From: Legionellales bacterium
GTDB lineage: Bacteria > Pseudomonadota > Gammaproteobacteria > Eutrophobiales > Eutrophobiaceae
DNA length: 62,781 bases
Reading direction: 5' to 3'
Assembly (NCBI GenBank): GCA_002692205.1
Contig: NZJM01000047.1
Location: forward strand, 1 to 62,781
Position 1 is the first letter of the stretch; each line of letters opens with the position of its first letter. The position numbers and the translations under genes were made by a program. Of the stretch, positions 1-11,770 are shown in pieces. Under the pieces are notes generated by a model that saw only the letters and a program-made list of their open reading frames with translations, ran no database searches and was not told the origin of the DNA.

Positions 1-657
1 ACGTAATGTTGTGCCACCTTTTTCAATAGCTTTCTCTAATATAGTTTTTATAGACGAGACTAATTTTATATAGCGCATTTTTGATATTTTATTAGCTTTA
101 TGCTTTGGATTTATGCCCGATAAAAATAAAGCTTCGTTTGCATATATATTTCCCACCCCTACTACAATTTTATTATTCATTATGAAAGTTTTAATAGACG
201 ATGCTCTTCTTTTTGATGCAAGAAAAAGGTAGTCTCCATTAAATTCATCGCTAAGTGGCTCTGGCCCTAAGTTTGTGATTAATCTGTGTTTCATTGGATC
301 ATTACTTGTCCATAAAATACACCCAAACCTTCTTGGGTCATGATATCTAAGAAGGTACTCGTCAAAAATGAAATCGACATGATCATGTTTCAGAGGGGGT
401 TGACTATTCTCGATTATCCGTAAGCTTCCTGACATACCAAGGTGTATAATCATGCTACCTTTTATCGTATCGAATAAAAGATATTTAGCGCGCCTTCTTA
501 ATCTTATAATTTTTTGATTATTAAGATTCCATGTTAAACTTTTTGGTATCGGCCACCTTAGTTTATATTCTCTAACAATTATTTTTTGAATTACTTTGCT
601 ATCAACAAAAGGCGAAATTCCTTTTTTTGTTATCTCAACTTCAGGTAATTCGGGCAT
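1..657 (-). CDS. mutM: Formamidopyrimidine-DNA glycosylase (partial; C-terminus outside the window)
   Basis: Runs off the left edge, so it is absent from the ORF track. The reverse complement from the ATG at 655-657 reads MPELPEVEITKKGISPFVDSKVIQKIIVREYKLRWPIP and stays open to position 1 (...EKAIEKGGTTLR). PELPEVE is the invariant Fpg N-terminus. Confidence 0.9.
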   Translation of the reverse strand, partial: MPELPEVEITKKGISPFVDSKVIQKIIVREYKLRWPIPKSLTWNLNNQKIIRLRRRAKYLLFDTIKGSMIIHLGMSGSLRIIENSQPPLKHDHVDFIFDEYLLRYHDPRRFGCILWTSNDPMKHRLITNLGPEPLSDEFNGDYLFLASKRRASSIKTFIMNNKIVVGVGNIYANEALFLSGINPKHKANKISKMRYIKLVSSIKTILEKAIEKGGTTLR

Positions 658-674
658 TATAAAAAATATTATTA

Positions 675-1505
675 TTAAGGATCAGGTTTATCTAAAATTA
701 ATTTAGCATCATCATTCCCTATATTATACTGAATTCCCAAATCTTCTCTTCCGAGAATTAAATATGGATGGGTTGCAAGTATCATGAAATCAATTTGTTC
801 ATTAGACGAGGTTTTTATTGATATTCTCTTTTTTGTCTCAATTTCCTCATATTTAGAAATAGAAACAGCAATCATTGACTCCCACTTATAAATAATTTTT
901 TTTATTTGCTCAACACTATATTTTGTTGATGTGGACTGCCATGTATTATCATTTATTTTGAAATTATAATTTGGGTAATTTATCGAAGTAATTCTTGCTT
1001 CATTAGGCAAGACTTTATTATCGATAAAAAATATAGGGTTCGTCATCAATTGCGGGTACAGAGCATCCTCTATTATATAAATATTTTTACCAAACAGAAT
1101 ATAACGTTTTTGATCGATGGGATTAGTCGTTCCAAAAAGTAATTGTCTTTCATTTAGTTTCAATAGAATCCTAGGATTCTTCAGATCAAACTGAACAGGA
1201 TCAATGCTATCCACATCAAATTTTGCATAAACTGGTACTTTTAGTATTTCTAGAATAGATTCGATTCTCTGAGCGTTGGCGGTTATTTTAAATGGAAAGT
1301 CCATAGACCATTTTTCATTCTGTTTTTTAAAGATTATGTTCTCGAGACTCTTCCTCTGAATATAAATTTCATCAATCGTATCTGAATTAATATTTGTCAA
1401 TAGTGATATTTTTTTCTCGGCGTCTTTTTTTTCTAAAAATAAATTGGCTAACAAAAAAATAATACAAAAGAATAAAAAAACATTAATCCAGATTCGTATT
1501 TTCAC
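675..1505 (-). CDS. DUF4340-like membrane-anchored protein, accessory to the Gld-type ABC module
   Basis: 276-aa ORF with a single N-terminal TM helix and a 1-nt gap to the GldG-like gene. The name is assigned by context and general resemblance only. Confidence 0.5.
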   Translation of the reverse strand: MKIRIWINVFLFFCIIFLLANLFLEKKDAEKKISLLTNINSDTIDEIYIQRKSLENIIFKKQNEKWSMDFPFKITANAQRIESILEILKVPVYAKFDVDSIDPVQFDLKNPRILLKLNERQLLFGTTNPIDQKRYILFGKNIYIIEDALYPQLMTNPIFFIDNKVLPNEARITSINYPNYNFKINDNTWQSTSTKYSVEQIKKIIYKWESMIAVSISKYEEIETKKRISIKTSSNEQIDFMILATHPYLILGREDLGIQYNIGNDDAKLILDKPDP

Positions 1506-1506
1506 T

Positions 1507-2880
1507 TTACAGTCTTTTTCTCCTAATATTTATAATGATTCCAATAGCAATAAGTATTGCCGGAACTAAAAATAAAAATATTACTCCCATAATACCTAAT
1601 ACAACAAATGGTGTTTTTAACTGCGCATCAATAATAGTTTTTGATGGAATTGTAATAAACTCATCATCATTGCTAAGCCAATTAATCATACGTGTACCTA
1701 ATTCACCATTCCCATTATTAGAAAAATAAGCATTGGATAAGAAGTCTCCGTCACCAACAACAAGGATACGTTGGTATTTTGTTGAGATTTTATTATTAGT
1801 TTTTTGTTCTACATCTCTTTCTAAGCTTATGCTTAGTAATAAAGGACCTTGCTTTTCTTCATCTACATTGAGTTCTATTTCTCCCTCTAATTTACCTATT
1901 TCATTCCATGTATGTTTACCAGTACTCAATATAGGATTGATACGCCAATCATCAGATGCCAGGACATTTATTGCACCTGCCATTGGGAAAAGCGTTATAA
2001 GATCAAAGTCCTGAGTAATAGGATGTTTTTGGTATAAACTTTTTGTTATAAATGTAATGGTCGGGTCTTGTATACCAATTTCCTGGCCGACAGTATCAAT
2101 TATGACTCCATCTAGGAATTCTATGGATAATTTTTTTGATAATGCATCAAGCTTGTAAGACGCCTCTGGTTCATGTAACCACAACAAATTACCGCCTTTT
2201 TCAATGTATTCTATGATTGTATTAACTTCACTAGGTAGGTAATCATTTGTTGGGCTTGCAATAACGAGTATCTTAGTATTATCAGGTATAGTTTTTGTTT
2301 CAAATAGATTGATTGGTTGTATTTTATAGCCTTCTTTTAAAAGACTATTCGCCCAACCACCTAAATCATCATTCGCAGCACTTAATGCACTTCGCTCATT
2401 ATGACCTTCTAAAAAAGCAATCCATCTTTCCTGATTTCGTAGCAGTCGTTTTAAAGTATTTGCAAAGACTTGTTCGTTATCGGTTTTAAGATGCTCAACA
2501 CGTCCTTTGTATTGAATGATTATTTCACCATCAACCGTGATACCTAAGTTGCGTGCTTGTTCAGGGTACGTGTCTGGGTTGACGAAACTTAGAGAAATAT
2601 TTGGTTTATATTTTTGGTATTTAGCGATGAATTTTTTAATCGAATTTCTTAGGAGAGGTGTCACACGAGCATAAGAAATAACTTCAATTTTTTCGGGCAT
2701 TTTCTTTAAAAGACCGATACTTGTTTTTGATAAAGTATGCCTACCAGTTGCAGTTAAATCATACTCGATAGAATTATTATAATTAAAAAACGACAATAAA
2801 AATAAAAAAATAAATAACAAAACAAGCATAATAATACTGTTTGTTCTTTTAAATGCTATCTTTCTCAGTTTAATAGACAT
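1507..2880 (-). CDS. GldG-like ABC transporter auxiliary component
   Basis: 457 aa, with N- and C-terminal TM helices flanking a large exported domain. It lies immediately downstream of the ABC-2 permease and ABC ATPase. Confidence 0.7.
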   Translation of the reverse strand: MSIKLRKIAFKRTNSIIMLVLLFIFLFLLSFFNYNNSIEYDLTATGRHTLSKTSIGLLKKMPEKIEVISYARVTPLLRNSIKKFIAKYQKYKPNISLSFVNPDTYPEQARNLGITVDGEIIIQYKGRVEHLKTDNEQVFANTLKRLLRNQERWIAFLEGHNERSALSAANDDLGGWANSLLKEGYKIQPINLFETKTIPDNTKILVIASPTNDYLPSEVNTIIEYIEKGGNLLWLHEPEASYKLDALSKKLSIEFLDGVIIDTVGQEIGIQDPTITFITKSLYQKHPITQDFDLITLFPMAGAINVLASDDWRINPILSTGKHTWNEIGKLEGEIELNVDEEKQGPLLLSISLERDVEQKTNNKISTKYQRILVVGDGDFLSNAYFSNNGNGELGTRMINWLSNDDEFITIPSKTIIDAQLKTPFVVLGIMGVIFLFLVPAILIAIGIIINIRRKRL

Positions 2881-2887
2881 ATTTGTA

Positions 2888-3634
2888 TTATTTATTTACT
2901 CGTTCTATATCTAGTTTCCAGATACAAAGGCTAATAAAGAATGAAGTAAATATTAGATAATAAAAAATATCTGTAGTATTGAATATTCCACTTAAAAAAT
3001 TATTGTAGTGATTATCGAGTGATAAATATGAAAATATTCCCGCGACAGTTGTTGAGGCATTGGTAGATGATATTTTTATTATTAATAATAAGAATAAAAT
3101 TGCATAGGTATTGATAGCTGCGATTACTGGAGATTTTGTAAGAGATGAAAAAAATAACCCTATTGATGCGATAGTTATTGTTAATAAGTATAATCCTATT
3201 ATTGAGGAAAGGATTTGGCCTAAATCAAGCGATGTTCCAAATAGTAGAGACGCAGGCATTAATGTAATCATCATAATCATCAATGCATAGAAAATTGTAA
3301 TACCAAAAAATTTCCCCAAAACTAATTCTGTAATACTAATAGGCGAAGAAAATAATAGTTTTATGGTACCTAGTTGTCGTTCCTCAGCAATGAGACGCAT
3401 GGTAAGTAATGGAGAGATCATTAATATAATATAAGCCGCAAATCCGAACATTGTCGAAACAACTGCATCAGTAAGTCCTGATGCAACTGAGTTTGGTTGC
3501 AAATACATAATCAGTGGTATATAGAAAAAAACTGCAACTAAAAACTGAGTAATAGCAAGAATTATCCACGCAAGAGGAGACTTGAAAAGACGCCGAAGTT
3601 CATTGCCGGAAATTAGTGTTATGTTTCTGATCAT
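2888..3634 (-). CDS. ABC-2 family transporter permease (GldF-like)
   Basis: 248-aa polytopic membrane ORF directly downstream of the ABC ATPase. Confidence 0.75.
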   Translation of the reverse strand: MIRNITLISGNELRRLFKSPLAWIILAITQFLVAVFFYIPLIMYLQPNSVASGLTDAVVSTMFGFAAYIILMISPLLTMRLIAEERQLGTIKLLFSSPISITELVLGKFFGITIFYALMIMMITLMPASLLFGTSLDLGQILSSIIGLYLLTITIASIGLFFSSLTKSPVIAAINTYAILFLLLIIKISSTNASTTVAGIFSYLSLDNHYNNFLSGIFNTTDIFYYLIFTSFFISLCIWKLDIERVNK

Positions 3635-3646
3635 AAATAATCTAAA

Positions 3647-4372
3647 TTATTTTTTGGTTAGTTGCATAAATATTGATTCAAGAGAATCTTCATTTGTAAG
3701 TAATTCTTTGAGTCTTCGATCTAAAACGATATTTCCTTTATTAATAATCAGTACTCGATCACACATTGCTTCTACTTCTGAAAGAATATGAGTTGATAGT
3801 ATTATGCTATGGTCTTTACGCAATTCTTGCATCAAACTTCTTATTTCTAGAATTTGTTGTGGGTCAAGACCAGACGTTGGTTCATCTAAAATAATAATTG
3901 GTGGCGTATGGACAATTGCTTGTGCCACACCGACACGCTGTCTAAAACCTTTGGAAAGATTTTGTATTAAACGTGAGCCAAAATCTTCTAACCCGCAACG
4001 TTTTTTGCAAAAATTAACTTTTTTTTCTATATCTATTTTTTTTATACCACGTAATTTTGCTGTATAAAATAAATATTCATCGATAGTTAGGTCATTGTAT
4101 AGCGGTAATTGTTCAGATAAAAAACCAATATTTTTTTTAGCTAGTTTAGGGAAATCTTGGATATCAGAACCACATATATTAACAGATCCGCTATTTGCAG
4201 AAATTACCCCACTAATTATTTGCATTGCTGTAGATTTACCAGCGCCATTTGGTCCGAGTAGACCGAGAACTTCTCCACGATGAATATCGAAAGTAATATT
4301 TTCTATTGCAGGGATTTTTCCATAAGAACGTGAAATATTATTAACAGATACAAGCAGTTTCTTTTCTTTCAT
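3647..4372 (-). CDS. ABC transporter ATP-binding protein (GldA-like)
   Basis: Walker A GPNGAGKST, ABC signature LSKGFRQR, Walker B IIILDEPTSGLD. Confidence 0.9.
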   Translation of the reverse strand: MKEKKLLVSVNNISRSYGKIPAIENITFDIHRGEVLGLLGPNGAGKSTAMQIISGVISANSGSVNICGSDIQDFPKLAKKNIGFLSEQLPLYNDLTIDEYLFYTAKLRGIKKIDIEKKVNFCKKRCGLEDFGSRLIQNLSKGFRQRVGVAQAIVHTPPIIILDEPTSGLDPQQILEIRSLMQELRKDHSIILSTHILSEVEAMCDRVLIINKGNIVLDRRLKELLTNEDSLESIFMQLTKK

Positions 4373-4403
4373 CGCGCAACTGTGACAATAGCGCTCAACA
4401 GCA

Positions 4404-4559
4404 CTATTTTATTTTGGATTCTTTATATACGACATGTTTTCTAACGACTGGATCAAACTTTTTGATTTCCATTTTATCGGGCATCGTTCGTTTATTTTTT
4501 GTAGTCGTATAGTAATGTCCTGTATTTGCAGATGAAACAAGTTTAATTTTATCGCGCAT
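4404..4559 (-). CDS. rpmG: 50S ribosomal protein L33
   Basis: Below the ORF-track size cut-off. The reverse complement reads [51 protein letters not shown] (51 aa). It lies directly downstream of rpmB, as in most bacteria. Confidence 0.9.
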   Translation of the reverse strand: MRDKIKLVSSANTGHYYTTTKNKRTMPDKMEIKKFDPVVRKHVVYKESKIK

Positions 4560-4570
4560 TACCAATTACC

Positions 4571-4807
4571 TCAGACTATTTTATCTCGAGAGCGAATTTC
4601 AGATAGAACCACATCAATGCCTTTTTTGTCAATAATACGCAAACCTTTTTTGCTAACAAGCAGCCTAACCCAGCGATTTTCACTCTCAATCCAGAAGCGT
4701 CTGGATTGTAAATTGGGCAAAAAACGACGTTTTGTTTTGTTATTCGCATGAGAAACATTGTTTCCAGCCATTGGCCTTTTGCCTGTTACCTGACAAATTC
4801 GTGACAT
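4571..4807 (-). CDS. rpmB: 50S ribosomal protein L28
   Basis: [34 protein letters not shown]... is the typical L28 sequence. 78 aa. Confidence 0.95.
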   Translation of the reverse strand: MSRICQVTGKRPMAGNNVSHANNKTKRRFLPNLQSRRFWIESENRWVRLLVSKKGLRIIDKKGIDVVLSEIRSRDKIV

Positions 4808-4970
4808 TTCTAACTCTCTATTGATTGAAAATAAAACGAGCGCGGATTGTACATCGATTGAATGCTGAATCCAAGTATTTACGGGGGGGCAGAAAGTTCT
4901 CGATAATCTTGGGTAGAACCTAGAAAACTCACGCTACTTCAATGAATAATTAAGGTAAAATCGTTTTGTT

Positions 4971-6185
4971 ATGCATAGATTAAATAAAAAGCGCATTTTA
5001 TTGGGGGTTACGGGCGGTATTTCTGCTTATAAATCGACCTTTTTAGTTCGTCTTTTGAGGAAAAATGGAGCAGATGTTCGCGTTGTAATGACAAAAAATG
5101 CATGTGAATTCGTGACCCCGCTTACTTTTCAGGCATTATCATCAAAACCAGTTCATACAGAGTTGTTAGATTTAGATGCAGAAAGCGCGATGGGGCATAT
5201 AAAATTAGCTAAATGGGCAGATTTAATAATAATAGCGCCGGCTAGCGCAAATTTTATTGCTAGATATGCAAATGGCTTTGCAGCTGATTTATTAAGTACC
5301 CTATGCTTAGCGACCGACAGCCCTGTTGCTATCGCACCAGCGATGAATCAGCAGATGTGGTTAAATGATGCAACACAAGAAAATATAAAAAAAATAAAAG
5401 AGAGAGGAGTTGCTGTCATTGGCCCAGATTCGGGAGAGCAAGCCTGTGGTGATGAGGGCCCAGGCCGGATGACCGAGCCAGAAGAAATTACAACATTTTT
5501 AGCTAAAATATTCCAAACAGATATTTTAACCGGCTCGAGATTGTTAGTTACTGCGGGCCCGACACGCGAAGCAATTGATCCAGTGCGATTCTTGAGTAAT
5601 CGTAGTTCGGGACGGATGGGTTATGCAATTGCTTCAGCAGCCGTGGAGGCAGGTGCTGATGTCACTCTCGTTTCTGGTCCCGTTAATATCGAAGCTGTTG
5701 GAGTCGAAAAAATAATATACGTAACTTCCGCAGAAGAAATGTGCACATCAGTTATGGAAAAAATCAATACTACCGATATTTTCATTTCAGTTGCAGCTGT
5801 AGCTGATTACTATCTACAAAATTTTTCTAAAAACAAAATAAAAAAAATAAATGATTCATATCAGCTAATGCTACATAAAACCCCTGATATTTTAGCAAAG
5901 GTAGCAGCTTTGGATAACGCGCCATTTACAGTCGGTTTCGCTGCTGAGACAGAAGATTTGAAGTTTAATGCAATAGAAAAACTACGTTCAAAAAATCTAA
6001 ATATGATTGCTGCAAATCAAGTAGGAGGAACTATTGGAATAGACTCCGAAGAAAATGCATTAAGCGTATTTTGGAAAAGTGGCGAGATGAAGTTTCCACA
6101 AAACTCGAAAAATAAATTAGCAAGAGATTTAATTAAATTAATTGCTTCTAGATATAATGAAAAAAATTCAAATAAAACTCATTGA
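4971..6185 (+). CDS. coaBC: Bifunctional phosphopantothenoylcysteine decarboxylase / phosphopantothenate-cysteine ligase
   Basis: 404 aa. It has an N-terminal flavoprotein domain ([10 protein letters not shown]) and a C-terminal CoaB domain ([25 protein letters not shown]). Confidence 0.95.
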   Translation: MHRLNKKRILLGVTGGISAYKSTFLVRLLRKNGADVRVVMTKNACEFVTPLTFQALSSKPVHTELLDLDAESAMGHIKLAKWADLIIIAPASANFIARYANGFAADLLSTLCLATDSPVAIAPAMNQQMWLNDATQENIKKIKERGVAVIGPDSGEQACGDEGPGRMTEPEEITTFLAKIFQTDILTGSRLLVTAGPTREAIDPVRFLSNRSSGRMGYAIASAAVEAGADVTLVSGPVNIEAVGVEKIIYVTSAEEMCTSVMEKINTTDIFISVAAVADYYLQNFSKNKIKKINDSYQLMLHKTPDILAKVAALDNAPFTVGFAAETEDLKFNAIEKLRSKNLNMIAANQVGGTIGIDSEENALSVFWKSGEMKFPQNSKNKLARDLIKLIASRYNEKNSNKTH

Positions 6186-6612
6186 TAGCAGATTAGGTAA
6201 TGATTTTCCTATGCCTCATTATGCAACTGATGGCTCTGCTGGCCTAGATTTATCTGCTTGCATCGATGAAGCTTTAGAAATTAATTCTAATGAAACAATT
6301 TTAATATCTGCAGGGTTTGCAATATACATTGCTGATAAATCATATGCGGCGATGTTACTGCCCCGTTCTGGTATTGGTCATAGAGATGGAATCGTTTTAG
6401 GAAATCTTACGGGTCTAATAGATTCCGATTATCAAGGTGAAATATTTATTTCATGCTGGAATAGAAGTGAAACAAAATTCGTAATAAATCCTGGTGATAG
6501 AATTGCTCAAATGATAATTGTACCTGTTGAAAAACCTGATTTTGAATTCGTTGATACATTTAAAGAGACATCAAGGGGTTCGGGTGGTTTTGGACATACA
6601 GGTCTGTCTTGA
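6157..6612 (+). CDS. dut: dUTP diphosphatase
   Basis: [14 protein letters not shown]... matches the enterobacterial Dut N-terminus, so I chose the internal ATG at 6157 rather than the track start at 6142. C-terminal motif [10 protein letters not shown]. Confidence 0.93.
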   Translation: MKKIQIKLIDSRLGNDFPMPHYATDGSAGLDLSACIDEALEINSNETILISAGFAIYIADKSYAAMLLPRSGIGHRDGIVLGNLTGLIDSDYQGEIFISCWNRSETKFVINPGDRIAQMIIVPVEKPDFEFVDTFKETSRGSGGFGHTGLS

Positions 6613-6615
6613 TAT

Positions 6616-8016
6616 ATGGGAGATGAGAATATAGCCTTAGACTTCGACCCTGTGATTTTCAGAGCGTACGACATTCGCGGAATCTTTGGAAAAGAGCTTA
6701 CCGTAGAAATCGTATATGAAATCGCAAAAGCTATTGGCACAATGGTTAATGATAATGGTCAGAAAAAGATTGTTGTTGGACGTGATGGAAGAATATCTAG
6801 CCCTGAGCTGAGTACGGTCTTAATCGAAGGTCTAGTGAGTACCGGGTTGGATGTTATCGATATCGGCGTAGTACCAACACCGGTTACATATTTCGCAAGC
6901 CATCATTTACAAACAAAAAATTGTGTCATGATTACAGGTAGTCATAATGCCCCCGAATATAATGGTTTGAAAACAGTAATAGATGGAAATTCCTTATTTG
7001 GAGAAAAGATTGATGCAATTAAGAACCTTGTTTTATCTCAAAAATATTCAAAAGGAAAAGGCTCGTTAAAAAAAGCTGATGTTACATTAGATTATATTGA
7101 ACGTATTTCAAAGGATATAATTTCTCAAGAAAACTCATCTCTCAAAATTATTATTGATACCGGCAATGGTTCTGCTGGTTATATCGCTCCCCTGCTTTTT
7201 AAAGCATTGAATTGTCAAAGCATTTCAATTTACACAGAGATTGATGGAAATTTCCCCAATCATCATCCAGATCCTAGCCAACCGGAAAATTTGAAAGCTC
7301 TAATAGATAAAGTAAAAAAAGAGAATGCGGATATTGGTTTTGCTTTTGATGGCGATGGAGATAGGCTTGGAGTTGTTGATGCTAACGGGAACATCATTTG
7401 GCCTGACCAACAGTTAATGTTATTAGCTAGAGATATTTTGACTAGAAATAAAGGTAGCAACATAATATTCGATGTTAAGTGTAGTCGTTATCTTAAGCTA
7501 GATATAGAATCAAAGGGTGGGAAAGCCATTATGTGGAAGACCGGGCACTCATTCATAAAGCAAAAAATGCACGAGGTTAACGCACCTTTAGCAGGTGAAA
7601 TGAGTGGGCATATATTTTTTAAAGAACGTTGGTATGGTTTTGATGATGCACTTTATACCGCTGCTAGATTCATCGAAATTTTTTCAAAAACTAAAAAAAA
7701 GCCATCAAAATTATTTAGCGAACTTCCATATGGTATAAGTACTCCTGAGCTCAGAATGTCTCTTAGAGAAGATCAGCATATTAATTTTATGAATGAGTTT
7801 TCAAAAAATATTTCTTGTTTAAATGCTGATATTATTGATATAGATGGTATAAGGGCAGAGTATAGTGATGGTTGGGGGCTAGTAAGGCCGTCGAACACCT
7901 CCCCTTTTATAATTTTTAGATTTGAAGGAGATAATGAATTAGCTCTTGAAAGAATAAAAACCGAGTTTCGTAATATAATTAAGCAAATAGATAATAAGAT
8001 AAATACACCCTTTTAA
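6616..8016 (+). CDS. algC: Phosphomannomutase / phosphoglucomutase
   Basis: Active-site loop TGSHNAPEYNG and metal loop FAFDGDGDRLG. The dut-algC-argB order matches Pseudomonas. Confidence 0.88.
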   Translation: MGDENIALDFDPVIFRAYDIRGIFGKELTVEIVYEIAKAIGTMVNDNGQKKIVVGRDGRISSPELSTVLIEGLVSTGLDVIDIGVVPTPVTYFASHHLQTKNCVMITGSHNAPEYNGLKTVIDGNSLFGEKIDAIKNLVLSQKYSKGKGSLKKADVTLDYIERISKDIISQENSSLKIIIDTGNGSAGYIAPLLFKALNCQSISIYTEIDGNFPNHHPDPSQPENLKALIDKVKKENADIGFAFDGDGDRLGVVDANGNIIWPDQQLMLLARDILTRNKGSNIIFDVKCSRYLKLDIESKGGKAIMWKTGHSFIKQKMHEVNAPLAGEMSGHIFFKERWYGFDDALYTAARFIEIFSKTKKKPSKLFSELPYGISTPELRMSLREDQHINFMNEFSKNISCLNADIIDIDGIRAEYSDGWGLVRPSNTSPFIIFRFEGDNELALERIKTEFRNIIKQIDNKINTPF

Positions 8017-8046
8017 ATTTTAAATAAAAATTACAAATATTTTTGA

Positions 8047-8976
<930 letters not shown>

Positions 8977-8978
8977 CT

Positions 8979-9569
8979 ATGACGCACGTACCTAAGCTGG
9001 ATAGACGTGAACAGATACTCATGGTGTTGGCTAATGAACTAGAGAATAATCTTGGCTCACCTATCACAACCTCTAGTCTCGCTAGTGCCATTGGTTTTTC
9101 TGAAGCTGCCTTATATCGACATTTTGCTAGCAAATCTCAAATGTTTGAATCCTTAATTAATTTTGCAGAACAATCTGTATTTAGTTCTATTAATAATATT
9201 CTAAAGCAAGAAAAGAACTCAGTAATACAAATACAGAAAATTACTTATCTAATTTTAACATTTTCAGAGAGAAATCCTGGCGTGACACGAGTACTTATTG
9301 GTGATGTTTTACTTGGGGAGAATAAAAAGTTACATGCACGGACCGCCCATTTTTTTGAACGTATTGAAACACAGATACGACAAATATTACGCGAGGCTAA
9401 TCTGAGCGACGGACCCAGACCAATAAGTAATATTGATGCTATTACTAATCAAGTATTATCTTATATAGAAGGCAAGCTCTCTTATTTTGTTAGAAGCACA
9501 TTTATTAAAAAACCAACTGAACATATGGATATACAATGGGAAGTGATGAAGAAAGGCTTTTTTAGATAA
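8979..9569 (+). CDS. slmA: Nucleoid occlusion factor SlmA (TetR family)
   Basis: Collinear with E. coli SlmA: RREQIL..., SEAALYRHFASK, ERNPGVTRVL, FFERIETQIRQILRE. Confidence 0.85.
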   Translation: MTHVPKLDRREQILMVLANELENNLGSPITTSSLASAIGFSEAALYRHFASKSQMFESLINFAEQSVFSSINNILKQEKNSVIQIQKITYLILTFSERNPGVTRVLIGDVLLGENKKLHARTAHFFERIETQIRQILREANLSDGPRPISNIDAITNQVLSYIEGKLSYFVRSTFIKKPTEHMDIQWEVMKKGFFR

Positions 9570-10166
9570 CTATTTATAACCTTTAAGCTTTTTAAATCTT
9601 TCAATATATTCCGTATATGATTTTTTAATTTCTTCCTGTTCATCTATTTTCTTATTTATAAAAACTTCGTTGATAGAAACTTGATCTTTAAGAGACTTAA
9701 TTTTATCAGACTCATTATTATCATTACTATTTAATAGTTCATCATCAAGCTGATATTGTAATTTTATAATACGTTTTCTTGTTAACTTTATTGTTGATTG
9801 GACGGCATTAATCCTTTCGTCACGTGCTATTTTTATTTCATCTACACTTGTATAAGTCTCAAGCAACATTTTGTCATATGCCTGCTGATTTCTTTTCTTT
9901 TCTTTCTCTTTTCTTATTTCTGCGGCTTGTTTTTTCGCTTCTTCTAGTTCAGCGCCAGTTTTGATTTTTTCTTTTTCGTCTCTAACAAGCCCCCGTTTGT
10001 CTAATTCCTTATAACCTTGTTGAGTATACTCGGGAGGAATTTTATCTCCGCATTCCTTGTTGCCTTCACTATTCGTCCAGCACTTAATCCTAGCATTAGA
10101 ATTATTACTAAAAGCCAGTATAGTCAAAAATGAAAATAATACTAAATTTGAAAATTTTATATTCAT
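9570..10166 (-). CDS. Secreted coiled-coil protein, DUF4124-like
   Basis: Signal peptide MNIKFSNLVLFSFLTILAFS, then KCWTNSEGNKECGDKIPPEY, then a Lys/Glu-rich coiled coil. Function unknown. Confidence 0.5.
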   Translation of the reverse strand: MNIKFSNLVLFSFLTILAFSNNSNARIKCWTNSEGNKECGDKIPPEYTQQGYKELDKRGLVRDEKEKIKTGAELEEAKKQAAEIRKEKEKKRNQQAYDKMLLETYTSVDEIKIARDERINAVQSTIKLTRKRIIKLQYQLDDELLNSNDNNESDKIKSLKDQVSINEVFINKKIDEQEEIKKSYTEYIERFKKLKGYK

Positions 10167-10215
10167 AAAAAATACTCTATTTTTTACACATTATAATATG
10201 AGTTTTATTTTTAAG

Positions 10216-10866
10216 TCACTCAGTAATTTCGCCATATTTTTTTCGATAAGCAATAATATCATTGATATAATTATCAAAGTTACTATTTTTGCTTATGTAC
10301 GAAATAATATCATTTAAGTTAACAATACTTGTAATTTTAATATTATGGTTTTTTTGTGCTTCTTGAATTGCTGAAAATTCGCCTTTACCCTTCTCTTGTC
10401 TGTTGACAGCTACCACTACTCCAGCAACAATCGCTCCCTTAGATTGGATTATTTTTATAGATTCATTTACCGAGGTTCCTGCAGAAATTACATCATCAAC
10501 AATCAGGACTCTATTTTTAATTTCAGCTCCAAATATAATCCCGCCTTCACCATGATCTTTTATCTCCTTACGATTAAAAGAGAATTGATAATTGTGTTCA
10601 AACATTTTATGTGAGGAAATAGCCGCAGCCGATGCTAAGGGAATACCTTTGTAAGCAGGACCATATAGCATATCAAATTCAATTTTAGAATTTTTAATTG
10701 CTTCAGCGTAAAAACTACCAAGTTTCGCTAAGCTTTCTCCATCGTTAAAAAGTCCAGTATTAAAGAAATATGGACTAATTCGACCAGATTTGAGCTTGTA
10801 TTCTCCGAAACATAATGCTTTTTTTTCAATTGCTAATTCTATAAAATTCTTTTGATAGTCTTTCAT
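10216..10866 (-). CDS. pyrE: Orotate phosphoribosyltransferase
   Basis: PRPP-binding loop VLIVDDVISAGTS. 216 aa. Confidence 0.95.
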   Translation of the reverse strand: MKDYQKNFIELAIEKKALCFGEYKLKSGRISPYFFNTGLFNDGESLAKLGSFYAEAIKNSKIEFDMLYGPAYKGIPLASAAAISSHKMFEHNYQFSFNRKEIKDHGEGGIIFGAEIKNRVLIVDDVISAGTSVNESIKIIQSKGAIVAGVVVAVNRQEKGKGEFSAIQEAQKNHNIKITSIVNLNDIISYISKNSNFDNYINDIIAYRKKYGEITE

Positions 10867-10943
10867 TCAAGCCTCTTAATTTAGAAAAAAAATTTAAGGT
10901 GATTGTGTATGATACAGTGCAAAATAAATAGGGGATAGCATCA

Positions 10944-11720
10944 ATGAGAGTAATTTCTGTAAATGTTAATGGAATTCGTGCTGCGCATAGAAAAAACTTT
11001 TTTGTTTGGTTAAAAAAGCAAAATGCAGATTTTATATGTTTACAAGAAACAAAAGCACAGATTGATCAATTATCTGACGAAATAACAAAACCCACAGGAT
11101 ATTATTCATATTTTAATGATGCAGTTAAGAAGGGGTATAGTGGTGTTGCACTATATGCGCGAAAAAAGCCAGATAAAGTAATTGATAAACTAGGGTGGAA
11201 AAATGCCGATGAAGAGGGCCGTTTTTTACAAGCTAATTTCGGGCCATTAAGTATTATATCTATTTATTTTCCATCTGGGTCCTCTAGTGATGAGCGTCAA
11301 GCAATCAAATTTGATTTTTTAGATCGATTTATGCCGATTTTAAAGAAAATGCGTAAAGATAAGCGTCAATATATAATTTGTGGTGATTGGAATATAGCGC
11401 ACAAAAAAATTGATATTAAAAATTGGCGCTCCAATCAGAAAAATTCTGGTTTTTTGCCAGAAGAACGGGAGTGGATGGATAATTTATTCGAAAAAGTTGG
11501 GATGGTCGATTCGTTCAGAGTTATTAATCAGAATGAAGAACAATATACCTGGTGGTCAAATAGAGGCCAAGCATGGCAAAATAATGTGGGATGGCGCCTC
11601 GATTATCAAGTTGTTACTCCTGAATTAAAAAACAAAATAATAGCAGCCTCAATTTACAAGGATGATCGTTTTTCAGACCACGCACCTTTGACGATAGACT
11701 ACGACTTCACAATAACTTAA
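10944..11720 (+). CDS. Exodeoxyribonuclease III family AP endonuclease (paralog 1)
   Basis: MRVISVNVNGIRAA...ICLQETK...CGDWNIAH...SDHAPL. These are EEP-fold ExoIII motifs. Confidence 0.9.
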   Translation: MRVISVNVNGIRAAHRKNFFVWLKKQNADFICLQETKAQIDQLSDEITKPTGYYSYFNDAVKKGYSGVALYARKKPDKVIDKLGWKNADEEGRFLQANFGPLSIISIYFPSGSSSDERQAIKFDFLDRFMPILKKMRKDKRQYIICGDWNIAHKKIDIKNWRSNQKNSGFLPEEREWMDNLFEKVGMVDSFRVINQNEEQYTWWSNRGQAWQNNVGWRLDYQVVTPELKNKIIAASIYKDDRFSDHAPLTIDYDFTIT

Positions 11721-11770
11721 ACCTAGATATATATAGTTTTTTGAGAATTTAAAATCACAATATCTTTTTA

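Noticed and set aside
4883-4889. A G7 homopolymer in the rpmB-coaBC spacer, as a possible phase-variation tract.
   Set aside because: It is intergenic between housekeeping genes, not within a -10/-35 spacer that I can define, and short for slipped-strand switching.
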